Source of the DNA: Verrucomicrobiota bacterium
GTDB lineage: Bacteria > Verrucomicrobiota > Verrucomicrobiia > Limisphaerales > JAFMIX01
Assembly (NCBI GenBank): GCA_026397895.1
Contig: JAPLTZ010000118.1
Span: 1-29,904, forward strand
Direction: 5' to 3'
Length of the DNA stretch: 29,904 nucleotides
In this document: positions 16,294-24,798 of the stretch, in pieces
How the letters are laid out: the number at the start of each line of letters is the position of its first letter
How positions within the stretch are numbered: the stretch's first letter is position 1
Notes under the pieces: model-generated
Databases searched by the model: none
What the model was told of the DNA's origin: nothing
What the model saw: the letters and a program-made list of their open reading frames with translations, nothing else
Translations under genes and position numbers: made by a program

Positions 16294-17480
16294 GCAAGCC
16301 CAATGACATCATCAAGGACATCCGCTGCGCCGACCTGCAATTCTCGCGCACGCCGGACACGCTGAAAAAAAATCTCTGCACGCCCACGAGCCGGTTCAAG
16401 CACGACCCGCGTTCCCGCAACGCCCAATGGTTCGGTCCGGTCGCGCTGACGCTCGTCGAAGTCGAGACCGCCGGCGGCGAAATCGGCCACGGCACGATCG
16501 GCGGCTTCACGTCGTCCGGCACGGACATCGTCGAGACCTACCTCAAGCCGCTCGCGCTCGGCCACAGCGTTTACGAAACCGAATTGCTCTGGGACAAACT
16601 CTACCGCGCCACCGTGCGCTTTGGTCGGCGTGGCGTGGCGCTGTCCGCCTTGAGCGCCATTGACATCGCGTGCTGGGATTTGAAAGGCAAGTTGCTCAAG
16701 CAGCCCGTCTACAATTTGCTCGGCGGCAAAGTCCGCGACCGCGTGCCGGCGTATTGCAGCCGGCTTTACGCGCTCGAAGATTTGGACGCGCTCGCCGCCG
16801 AGGCGCGCGGTTATGTGAAGCAGGGTTTCCGCGTGTTGAAACAGCGCTTCGGTTTCTCGCCCATTGACGGCACGGAAGGCATGAACCGCAACGTCGCGCT
16901 CATCCGCGCCGTGCGCGAAGCCGTCGGCGACGACATCGAACTCGCCGCCGACGCCTACATGGGTTGGGATTACAACTACGCCGTCGAGATGGAGCGCCGC
17001 CTGCGGCCGTATCGCCTCGCGTGGCTGGAAGAACCGTTCCTGCCGGACGATCTGCAAAGCTACGTCAAGCTGCGCGCCAAGAGCTCGACGCTGATTTCCT
17101 GCGGCGAACATGAATACACCAAGCAGGGATTCAAACACCTCATTGACATCGGCGCGGCGGACATTCTCCAGCCCGACGCCAACCGCGTCGGCGGCATCAC
17201 CGAGATGAAAAAGATTTGCGCGCTCGCCGAGGCGGCGGGCCTCCCCGTCTATCCGCACTCGAACGAGGCGCACAATTTCCACGTCATCGTCTCGCAGCCG
17301 AACTGCCCGCTCGTGGAATATTTCCCCAACGTCGAGCCCGACACCGGCAACGAGTTGTTCTGGAAAGTCTTCACCGGCGAACCGACGGCGGTGGACGGCT
17401 GCTTGACGCCGAGCAACAAACCCGGCCTCGGCATCGAGGTCAACCGCGCCGCCGTGAAAAAGCTCAAGTGGACCGCGTGA
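16290..17480 (+). CDS. Enolase-superfamily acid-sugar dehydratase, L-rhamnonate dehydratase (RhmD/LRA3)-like
   Basis: ATG 16290 overlaps the previous stop. ALSAIDIACWDLKGK, PVYNLLGG, metal ligands DAYMGW / WLEEP / GEHE, QPD, PH, GNELF. Confidence 0.88.
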   Translation: MSKPNDIIKDIRCADLQFSRTPDTLKKNLCTPTSRFKHDPRSRNAQWFGPVALTLVEVETAGGEIGHGTIGGFTSSGTDIVETYLKPLALGHSVYETELLWDKLYRATVRFGRRGVALSALSAIDIACWDLKGKLLKQPVYNLLGGKVRDRVPAYCSRLYALEDLDALAAEARGYVKQGFRVLKQRFGFSPIDGTEGMNRNVALIRAVREAVGDDIELAADAYMGWDYNYAVEMERRLRPYRLAWLEEPFLPDDLQSYVKLRAKSSTLISCGEHEYTKQGFKHLIDIGAADILQPDANRVGGITEMKKICALAEAAGLPVYPHSNEAHNFHVIVSQPNCPLVEYFPNVEPDTGNELFWKVFTGEPTAVDGCLTPSNKPGLGIEVNRAAVKKLKWTA

Positions 17481-17488
17481 CGCAAATC

Positions 17489-18412
17489 ATGGCCAAGAAA
17501 AATCACATCCCCGACTGGCTCACTGGCGTGCTGCCGGTGCTGCCCACGCCGTTCACGCCGCAGGACGAGGTGGATTATACGGCATTGGAAAAGCTCGTGG
17601 ACTTCGCCGCCAAGTGCGGCGTGAAGACCGTCGTGACGCCCGCATTCGGCAGCGAGTTCTACAAACTGGACGGTGGCGAGCGCCAGCGCGTCATCGAAAT
17701 CGCCGTGGCGCAGGCGGCGAAAAGGAAATTGCGCGTCGTTGTGCAATGCAACCACACCACGCCTCGCCTCGCCGCGAAGCTCGCCGCCGAAGCGCGCGGG
17801 TTGGGCGCAGCCGCGGTAGCAACGGCCTTGCCCCGCGCTTTCGCCGCCAGCGAGAATCAGTTGTTCGACTACGCCCGCCGCGTCTGCGATGCCACGGACT
17901 TGCCGGTGATTGTTCAGGACTGGAATCCCGGCGGCAAATCCGCCGCCGCCGCTTTCTTCGTCCGGCTGCATCGCGCTTGCGCAAACTTCCGCATGGCCAA
18001 GCTGGAAGAAGCGGGCATCGGCGCGACCATCCGCGCCATCGCGCGCGAAACCGGCGGGCGCGTCGGCGTGTTGAGCGGCTGGGGCGGCAGCTTCGCCATC
18101 CAGCAGCACGGCGCTGGTTTGAGCGGACTCATGCCGGGTCTGGCGCTGGCGGATGTGTTCGTCCGCATCTGGGCGCAACTGCAAGCCGGCAAGCGCGACG
18201 CTGCGCTCAAACTTTTCTCGGAACTTACGCCCTACCTGCAATTCTCGTTGCAAACCTTCGAGCAATTTCATCACGCCGAAAAAGGTCTGCTCGTCCGACG
18301 CGGCGTGTTGAAGAACGCCATCGTCCGCCCCGTCACCATCGAACTGGACACCGATGCGAAAGCCTATCTCGATCTACTGACCACACGCCTGCTCATCACA
18401 ATCAAAAAATAA
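17489..18412 (+). CDS. DapA/NAL-family (class I) aldolase-like protein, candidate 2-keto-3-deoxy-sugar acid aldolase
   Basis: GVLPVLPTPF...VDY.AL, FGSEFYKL...ER, Schiff-base Lys candidate in MAKLEE, GLMPG. Confidence 0.85.
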   Translation: MAKKNHIPDWLTGVLPVLPTPFTPQDEVDYTALEKLVDFAAKCGVKTVVTPAFGSEFYKLDGGERQRVIEIAVAQAAKRKLRVVVQCNHTTPRLAAKLAAEARGLGAAAVATALPRAFAASENQLFDYARRVCDATDLPVIVQDWNPGGKSAAAAFFVRLHRACANFRMAKLEEAGIGATIRAIARETGGRVGVLSGWGGSFAIQQHGAGLSGLMPGLALADVFVRIWAQLQAGKRDAALKLFSELTPYLQFSLQTFEQFHHAEKGLLVRRGVLKNAIVRPVTIELDTDAKAYLDLLTTRLLITIKK

Positions 18413-18415
18413 TTT

Positions 18416-19522
18416 ATGGATAATCCATTTGTCGGAGTCGGACTGCACGCCGCCGGCGGCGTCGCGCACGGTTCGTTTTACGCGCCGCTGAAAAAAGTGC
18501 GGACGTGGGCGTGGGAATCTGCTTGGTTGGTGCAGGGATTCGCCGCGTGGCTCATCATGCCGTGGCTCGTCTGCTGGCTGACCGGGGCGCATCCCATCGC
18601 CGCTCTCTCGCAATCCTCGTGGCGGACGATCGGCTTCACGTTCCTCTTCGGCGCGATGTGGGGCGCGGGCAGCCTGACTTTTGGTTTGAGCATGCGCTAT
18701 CTCGGCATGTCGCTCGGCCAGGCGGTGGCGCTGGGCTACACCGTTTCGTTGGGCACGCTCGTGCCGCCGCTGTTCACCGGACAATTCGCAACTCTCACCG
18801 GCAACGCCGGCGGACGTGTGGTGTTGCTGGGCGTGCTGGCCTGTCTGGGCGGAATCGGCCTGTGCGGTCTGGCCGGCGTGCGCCGCGAGCGCGAATGCAG
18901 CGGGGCGCGCGTCGGGGCAGGGCGGGCGTCGCTGGGACTCGGCTTCGCGGTGGCGACGTTCTCCGGCATCATGAGTTCGGGATTCGCGTTCGGGATTCAA
19001 GCGGGCCAGCCCATCGCGGAAGCGGCGTTCAAGAATGGTGCGCCTTCAATTTTCAAAAATGGTCCGGTCTTCGTGGTGGTGATGGCCGGCGGATTTCTGG
19101 TCAACTTCCTCTGGTGTCTGTTCCTCGGCCTGCGCAACCGCTCCGTGGGCGACCTCATCGGCCGCAGCAACGGCCAGCAACACGACTGGCACGGCGCTGC
19201 CGGCGAGCAGCACGAAGCCGCCGGCATCATCGGGCGCAATTATCTCTGGGCCGGGCTGGCGGGCGCGACGTGGTATGTGGGCTTCATGCTCTACGGCATG
19301 GGGACGACGTTCATGGGTAAGTATGATTTCACGAGCTGGTCCATCCATCTGGCGTTCGTGATCGTGTTCAGCACGCTGTGCGGCATCCTCGCGCGCGAAT
19401 GGCGCGGCGTGAGCCGGCACACGGCGCTGCTCGTCGCGGCGGCGATGTTCATCCTCGTGTCGTCCACGTTCGTGATCGCAGTGGGCAACCGCATGGCGAG
19501 CGCTGCGGTGGCGGGGCATTGA
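18416..19522 (+). CDS. rhaT: L-rhamnose/proton symporter family
   Basis: GSFYAPLKKVRTWAWESAW, GAMWGAGSLTFGLSMRYLGMSLG, SGIMSSGF, GGFLVNFLWC, about 10 TM helices. Confidence 0.9.
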   Translation: MDNPFVGVGLHAAGGVAHGSFYAPLKKVRTWAWESAWLVQGFAAWLIMPWLVCWLTGAHPIAALSQSSWRTIGFTFLFGAMWGAGSLTFGLSMRYLGMSLGQAVALGYTVSLGTLVPPLFTGQFATLTGNAGGRVVLLGVLACLGGIGLCGLAGVRRERECSGARVGAGRASLGLGFAVATFSGIMSSGFAFGIQAGQPIAEAAFKNGAPSIFKNGPVFVVVMAGGFLVNFLWCLFLGLRNRSVGDLIGRSNGQQHDWHGAAGEQHEAAGIIGRNYLWAGLAGATWYVGFMLYGMGTTFMGKYDFTSWSIHLAFVIVFSTLCGILAREWRGVSRHTALLVAAAMFILVSSTFVIAVGNRMASAAVAGH

Positions 19523-19528
19523 AGCGGG

Positions 19529-20452
19529 TCAGCGGTTTGCGCGGCGGTTGAGTTGCCGCCGCCACGGCTGCGGGGCAAGACCGGTGAGGGCTTTGAACTG
19601 GTTCGAGAGGTGCGAGGCGGAGTCGAAGCCGAGAATCTCGGCGATTTCCTTCACGGGCTTGGCGGTGTTGGCGAGAAAGTCCTGCGCCTTTTGCAGCCGC
19701 ACCTGCGTGTGATATTGCTTGGGGCTGACGCCGGTCTGCTTCTTGAACACCTGCCGGAAATGGGAGTAGCCCATGTTCAATTCCCGCGCCAGCCGGTGCA
19801 TCTGGAGGTTTTCCTGGCAGCGTTGCGCGAGCAGCATCTGGGCGCGCTGGATGACTTCGTCGGTCTGGCGCTGCTCCTTGCCGCGCGGCGACTGCGCCTG
19901 TTCGATGACGGCGAGCAGTTGCAGGCAGAGCGTGGACAGCACCGCCTGCGCGCCGGGCGAGCTGCGTTGCGCCCACGAATGGCAGCGTTCGAAACAGTGC
20001 AGCACGTCGGGGTTGAGTCCCAGATTCAGCACGGGTTTTTTCGGGGAAATGATTCCGGCGGAACGCGCCTGGTCGAACACGCGCCCCTGGCATTCGATCC
20101 AATGTTCCACCCAGCCGACTTCGGGGTCGGGGGCGTAGCGGTGCCAGATTTCGGGGAACAGGATGAAGAGCGTGCCGGGTTCGATGCGGTAGCGGCGGCG
20201 CGGTTTGCCGGATTCAAACCAGCCGGTGCCTTCGCTGATGTAGAGCATCTGGTAGGCGTGCAGGATGCGGCCGTCCGCCCAGTCGAAATGATGATCCACC
20301 GGGTGCCGCAGGACGGGATACGGCCGGCACGGTGGCAGGGTGCGGGCGTAGCCGGTGGAGGTGACGGTGCCGCCCCACGGAAAAGTCCGGTTCGCCGGCA
20401 GGTAAACGAAATAGTCTTTCTGAAAACTTTTCACGGGTGGCAGAATTTGCAT
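19529..20452 (-). CDS. AraC family transcriptional regulator
   Basis: Start ATG 20452. Cupin-like GRIL..YQMLYI..G.G.F..PEIWHRY.P, and C-terminal double HTH LARELNMGYSHFRQVFKKQTGVSPKQY...EIAEILGFDSASHLSNQFK. Confidence 0.95.
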   Translation of the reverse strand: MQILPPVKSFQKDYFVYLPANRTFPWGGTVTSTGYARTLPPCRPYPVLRHPVDHHFDWADGRILHAYQMLYISEGTGWFESGKPRRRYRIEPGTLFILFPEIWHRYAPDPEVGWVEHWIECQGRVFDQARSAGIISPKKPVLNLGLNPDVLHCFERCHSWAQRSSPGAQAVLSTLCLQLLAVIEQAQSPRGKEQRQTDEVIQRAQMLLAQRCQENLQMHRLARELNMGYSHFRQVFKKQTGVSPKQYHTQVRLQKAQDFLANTAKPVKEIAEILGFDSASHLSNQFKALTGLAPQPWRRQLNRRANR

Positions 20453-20494
20453 GTTTTTCGGCAAACTGTCTATTTCGTAACGCGCGGCATCGGT

Positions 20495-20500
20495 TATTAT
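20495..20500 (+). promoter_or_regulatory. Putative -10 element of sulfatase 4
   Basis: TATTAT exactly 6 nt before ATG 20507. No clear -35, consistent with an activator-dependent promoter (inference). Confidence 0.5.
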
Positions 20501-20506
20501 CGTCCC

Positions 20507-22222
20507 ATGCAAAGCCCCCAGACTGCCTTCCGGCAAGCCGCCCTGTCGCTTGCGCTCGTTCTGCTGGCCGCGCGCGCTCTGCCGGCCAAGGAGACCGCGC
20601 CGGCGGCGCGCCCCAACATCCTCATCATCCTCGCCGACGACATGGGCTTCTCGGATGTCGGCTGCTACGGCGGCGAAATCCAGACGCCGAACGTGGACCG
20701 GCTCGCGGCGAACGGGCTGCGCTTCACGCAATTCTACAACACCGCGCGCTGCTGGTCGTCGCGCGCGTGCGTGCTCACCGGCTATTACGCGCAGGCCGTG
20801 CGGCGCGATGCGTTGCCGGACGCCGAGCTTGGCGAATTCGGCGAGGGCGGGGCCAAAGGTGGTGGCAACGGCATCCGTCCGCGGTGGGCGCAACTGCTGC
20901 CGGCGTATCTTAAGCCGCTCGGCTATCGCTCGTATCATTCCGGCAAATGGCACGTGGACGGGCTGAACCTTGCCGGCGGCTTCGACCATTCCTATTCGAT
21001 CGAGGATCACAATCGCTATTTCACGCCGAAAAAACATACGGAAGACGATGTGCCGCTGCCGCCCGTCGAGGCCGGCACCAATTTTTACCTGACCACCTTC
21101 ATCGCCGACCACGCGATCAAATACCTCAAGGAACACGCCGCGAAATATTCCGGCCAGCCGTTCTTTGAATACCTCGCGTTCACCGCGCCGCACTTTCCGC
21201 TGCACGCCTTGCCGCAGGACATCGCCATCTACAAGGACATTTATGAAAAAGGCTGGGACGCCGTTCGCGCCGAGCGTTATGCGCGGCTGAAAAAAATGGG
21301 GCTCGTTACCTGCGACCTTTCCCCGCGCGACCCCGTCGCCGCTCCGCGTTGGAATCTGTCCGAGGCGAAACTGCGCGAGAAAATCGGGCCGGGCGAAGTC
21401 GGCCACGCCGTTCCGTGGGCCAGCCTCACCGCCGAGCAGAAGAAATTCCAGGCCGTTCACGCCGCGATGATCCACCGCATGGACATTGAAATCGGGCGCG
21501 TGCTCGACCAGATCAAGGCCATGGGCGCGCTCGACAACACCGTCATTTTCTTCATGTCCGACAACGGCGCGACCGCCGAGCAGATCATCCGCGGCGACGG
21601 CCACGACCCCGCCGCGCCGGTCGGTTCGGCCAAGACCTTCCTCGGCATCGGGCCGGGCTGGTCCACGGCGGCGAACACGCCGTTCCGCCTGCACAAGTCG
21701 TGGGTGCACGAAGGCGGCATCAGCACGCCGCTCATCGTGCAATGGCCCGCCGGTTTGAAGGCGCACGGTGAATTGCGCGACAATCCCGGCCATCTCATCG
21801 ACCTCGTGCCGACGATCCTCGACCTCGCCGGCGGCAAACAGCCGGAGAAAGTTGGCGGCATGGCGGTGCCGCCGTTGCAGGGCAAAAGCCTCGTGCCTGC
21901 TTTCGCCAAGGACGGCGCGGTGGCGCGCGATTACCTGTGGTGGTTTCACGACGGCAACCGCGCCGTCCGCGTGGGCGACTGGAAGCTGGTGGCCGATCAT
22001 CAGTCGCCGTGGGAGCTTTACGACCTGCGTGCCGACCGGGCGGAGTCGAAAAATTTGGCGGCGGCGAACCCCGGCAAAGTCAAGGAGCTGGAACAGGAAT
22101 GGTTGAAACACGCGAAGGCATTCCACGCGCTCGCGCAGCAAGACCCGCCAGCCGCACCGGCGGGCAAGAAGAAAAACGGCAAAGTGGGCCGGGGAAAAGC
22201 CTCGGAAACAGAAGCCGAATAA
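20507..22222 (+). CDS. Secreted Cys-type sulfatase 4 (arylsulfatase-like)
   Basis: Signal peptide, PNILIILADDMGFSD, RCWSSRACVLTG, GKWH, YLAFTAPHFPLHA, FMSDNG, HKSWVHEGGISTP. Confidence 0.95.
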   Translation: MQSPQTAFRQAALSLALVLLAARALPAKETAPAARPNILIILADDMGFSDVGCYGGEIQTPNVDRLAANGLRFTQFYNTARCWSSRACVLTGYYAQAVRRDALPDAELGEFGEGGAKGGGNGIRPRWAQLLPAYLKPLGYRSYHSGKWHVDGLNLAGGFDHSYSIEDHNRYFTPKKHTEDDVPLPPVEAGTNFYLTTFIADHAIKYLKEHAAKYSGQPFFEYLAFTAPHFPLHALPQDIAIYKDIYEKGWDAVRAERYARLKKMGLVTCDLSPRDPVAAPRWNLSEAKLREKIGPGEVGHAVPWASLTAEQKKFQAVHAAMIHRMDIEIGRVLDQIKAMGALDNTVIFFMSDNGATAEQIIRGDGHDPAAPVGSAKTFLGIGPGWSTAANTPFRLHKSWVHEGGISTPLIVQWPAGLKAHGELRDNPGHLIDLVPTILDLAGGKQPEKVGGMAVPPLQGKSLVPAFAKDGAVARDYLWWFHDGNRAVRVGDWKLVADHQSPWELYDLRADRAESKNLAAANPGKVKELEQEWLKHAKAFHALAQQDPPAAPAGKKKNGKVGRGKASETEAE

Positions 22223-22243
22223 CCATTTCACCTGAAGCTGCCC

Positions 22244-22984
22244 ATGAAAAAATTTGTTCTCGCGGCTTTGCTTTTCAGTGCCGCCGCCGTTGCCCACGCC
22301 GCCGGGGAAAAGCCGTTCACGCCGGCCGCCGACCTGAAGGGCGACTGGAGTTTCACCGCCGACCCGAAGCTGCCGCACGTGCTGCTCATCGGCGATTCCA
22401 TTTCCATCGGCTACACCCGGCTGGTGCGCGCGAAGCTGGCCGGCAAGGCGAACGTCTATCGCCCGACAAAAGGCAAAGGCCCGGAGAATTGCGGCGACAC
22501 GACCATCGGCCTGAACCGGATTGACGACTGGCTGGCCGGACGGAAGTGGGACGTGATCCATTTCAACTGGGGGCTTTGGGATTTGTGCTGGCGCAATCCG
22601 GAGGTGAAAAAACAGGGCGGCAAGGACAAGGTCGGCGGCAAACTTTCCACCACGCCGGAGGATTACGAAAAAAATCTGGAGAAACTGGTCACGCGGCTGG
22701 AGGCCACCGGCGCGAAACTCATCTGGGCGAACACCACCGTCGTGCCCGAGGGCGAAGCCGGGCGCTTCGTTGGCGACGACGAGAAATACAACGCCGTCGC
22801 CGCGCGCGTGATGGCGAAGCACAAGATTCCCACGGATGATCTGCTCACGCTCACGAAAGGATTCGCCGGGAAGTTTTCCAAGGTCGCCGGCGACGTGCAC
22901 TACACACCGGAAGGCTACGAGCGCATCGCCGTCCAGGTCGCTGCTGCTGTTGAAAAGGTTCTGCCCGCCAAAGCCGCCCTGTGA
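22244..22984 (+). CDS. Secreted SGNH/GDSL hydrolase (esterase)
   Basis: Signal peptide, block I LIGDSIS, block III HFNWGLWD, block V GDVHY. Confidence 0.92.
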   Translation: MKKFVLAALLFSAAAVAHAAGEKPFTPAADLKGDWSFTADPKLPHVLLIGDSISIGYTRLVRAKLAGKANVYRPTKGKGPENCGDTTIGLNRIDDWLAGRKWDVIHFNWGLWDLCWRNPEVKKQGGKDKVGGKLSTTPEDYEKNLEKLVTRLEATGAKLIWANTTVVPEGEAGRFVGDDEKYNAVAARVMAKHKIPTDDLLTLTKGFAGKFSKVAGDVHYTPEGYERIAVQVAAAVEKVLPAKAAL

Positions 22985-23020
22985 CCCCGGTTTCCCGCCG
23001 GAAATTTTAAGCGAAGCCGG

Positions 23021-24766
23021 TCAACGGGGCGCGGCCGGGGCGAAAGCTTTCGCCTTCCGTTCCGCCGTGGAAATCTGTTTCGCCGTCATCGTGCCCTGCA
23101 ATTCCGCCACCGCCTTGTCCGCGCGGGCGTCGTGGTTGGCGCGGGCGAGCAGATACCACCGGAGCGCCTCCACTTTGTCCGCCGCCACGCCGATGCCGCT
23201 GATGTAAATGCCGCCGAGGGCGAACTGCGCCGGGGCGTAACCCTGTTCGGCGGCGCGGCGGAACCACTTGCCCATCTCCACCGCGTCCTTGGACACGCCC
23301 GCGCCGCGCAGGTAGGCGAGGCCGAGGTTGAACTGCGCCGCCGCGTCGCCGAGCAGCGCCTGCGCCTGCAACTTCTCGAAGCCGCTGTCCACCGGTGCGG
23401 CGGGCGCGGCGAGGGTGATCCGGTTGGTGACGACGACGGTGTTGGTCACGAAGCGCTCGAACGTGTTGGTGCGGCTGATGGTGTTCGTGAGGGTCTGGGT
23501 GACGAGATTGGTGAGCGGGATCGTTTTCGTCACCAGATTGGTGAGCGTGACAGTGTTGGTCGCGAACTGCGGGATGACGTTCGTCAGCGCGACGAGGTTG
23601 GTCACGGACTTTTGGGTGACGTTGGTGAGGCTGATGCGGTTCGTCAGCAAAACCGTGTTGGTCACGGCGAAGGTGTTCGTCAAGAACTCGCGGAACAGGT
23701 TGGTGAGCGCCACCTGGTTGGTGAGGATGACCCTGCGGTAATCCGTCTGGATGTTGGTGAAGGTCACGGAATTGGTCAGCAACGTGAGGTTGGTGACGTT
23801 GACTTGGTTGGTCAGCAGGACGGTGCTGGTCACGACGTTCGTCGTCGTTTTCACGATGGTGTTGGTGGTGAACACCGTGGTCGTGACGACGTTGGTGAGC
23901 AGCACGATGTTGGTCTGGAATTGCGGGATGATGTTGGTCAGCGCGACGGTGTTGGTCACGAAGCGGTCGAACGTGTTGGTGCGGTTGAACACGTTGGTGA
24001 CGGCGAAGTGCCGGGTCAGCGTGTTCGTCACAAACTCCGTCACGGTGTTGGTGGCGAAGCGCGTCAGGACGTTAGTGAGGCTGATCTGGTTCGTGACGGC
24101 GAAAGTGTTGGTGATGGAAACGATGTTGGTGACGGTGACGACGGGCGTGGGCTTCGGCTCGGCGCTGGCCTCGGTCGGCGGCGCGGCGACGGGGTCGCTC
24201 GCCTCGGCGTTGCCTTGGTCGGCGGCGAGCTGAAACCATTTGGCCGCCTCGCCCAAGTCCTTGTTCAGCCCGCGCCCTTGCAGATACATGATGCCGAGGC
24301 TGCATTGCGCTTCGGCGAGGTTCTGGTCGGCGGCCTGCCGGAACCACCGCGCGGCTTCGGCGGGGTCGGTGGCGGTGCCGATGCCCTGATCGAGCATGAC
24401 GGCAAGGTTGTATTGGGAATTGGCGTCGCCCTGTTCGGCGGCCTTGCGATACCAGCGGGCGGCTTCGGGGAGGAATTTTTCCACGCCCTTGCCGGCGGCG
24501 AGCCGTCCGGCCAGGCGGGATTGGGCGGTCACGTTCCCGCGCAGCGCAGCGAGCTGATACCAGCGGGTCGCTTCGGTGGCGTCGGCGATGACGTCCTCGC
24601 CCTGGTCGAGCATTTCGGCCAGACGGCACTGCGCCTCGGCGTTGCCGGTGAGCGCCTGCGCCTTGGTCTCCTCGAAGCTGGCGGCGGCCCCGGGCCCGGC
24701 GGCGGCGAGCAGCAGGCTCGCGGCGAGCAGCAGGGCGGGGAGGCGATGGGGATAAATTGGCTTCAT
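23021..24766 (-). CDS. Secreted Sel1-repeat protein with central Thr/Asn/Val-rich repeat
   Basis: Signal peptide, four N-terminal Sel1 repeats (e.g. AAEQGDANSQYNLAVMLDQG), two C-terminal Sel1 repeats (AQFNLGLAYLRGAGVSKD), TN tract in between. Confidence 0.92.
   Translation of the reverse strand: MKPIYPHRLPALLLAASLLLAAAGPGAAASFEETKAQALTGNAEAQCRLAEMLDQGEDVIADATEATRWYQLAALRGNVTAQSRLAGRLAAGKGVEKFLPEAARWYRKAAEQGDANSQYNLAVMLDQGIGTATDPAEAARWFRQAADQNLAEAQCSLGIMYLQGRGLNKDLGEAAKWFQLAADQGNAEASDPVAAPPTEASAEPKPTPVVTVTNIVSITNTFAVTNQISLTNVLTRFATNTVTEFVTNTLTRHFAVTNVFNRTNTFDRFVTNTVALTNIIPQFQTNIVLLTNVVTTTVFTTNTIVKTTTNVVTSTVLLTNQVNVTNLTLLTNSVTFTNIQTDYRRVILTNQVALTNLFREFLTNTFAVTNTVLLTNRISLTNVTQKSVTNLVALTNVIPQFATNTVTLTNLVTKTIPLTNLVTQTLTNTISRTNTFERFVTNTVVVTNRITLAAPAAPVDSGFEKLQAQALLGDAAAQFNLGLAYLRGAGVSKDAVEMGKWFRRAAEQGYAPAQFALGGIYISGIGVAADKVEALRWYLLARANHDARADKAVAELQGTMTAKQISTAERKAKAFAPAAPR
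23411..24136 (-). repeat. Coding low-complexity repeat: 33 TN dipeptides
   Basis: Counted from the translation. Partial internal duplication: RTNTFDRFVTNTV / RTNTFERFVTNTV and ALTNIIPQFQTN / ALTNVIPQFATN. Confidence 0.9.
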
Positions 24767-24798
24767 GGCAATCGTTGTCAGCGCATGACGAAAGCAGA

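Noticed and set aside
19529-22900. 1123-aa minus ORF and 889-aa plus ORF (19553-22222) suggesting giant overlapping genes
   Set aside because: Each is a real gene (AraC, sulfatase 4) extended by the stop-poor antisense frame of its neighbour. The extensions have no motifs.
23411-24136. TN tract or the microrepeats as a CRISPR array
   Set aside because: No constant 23-47-nt repeat with unique spacers and no cas genes. The TN tract is conserved at protein level, not DNA level.
24160-24215. Possible deletion after QGNAEA in the Sel1 protein
   Set aside because: The frame is intact, and a direct transition from a capping motif into a Pro-rich linker is plausible. Not testable without homologues.
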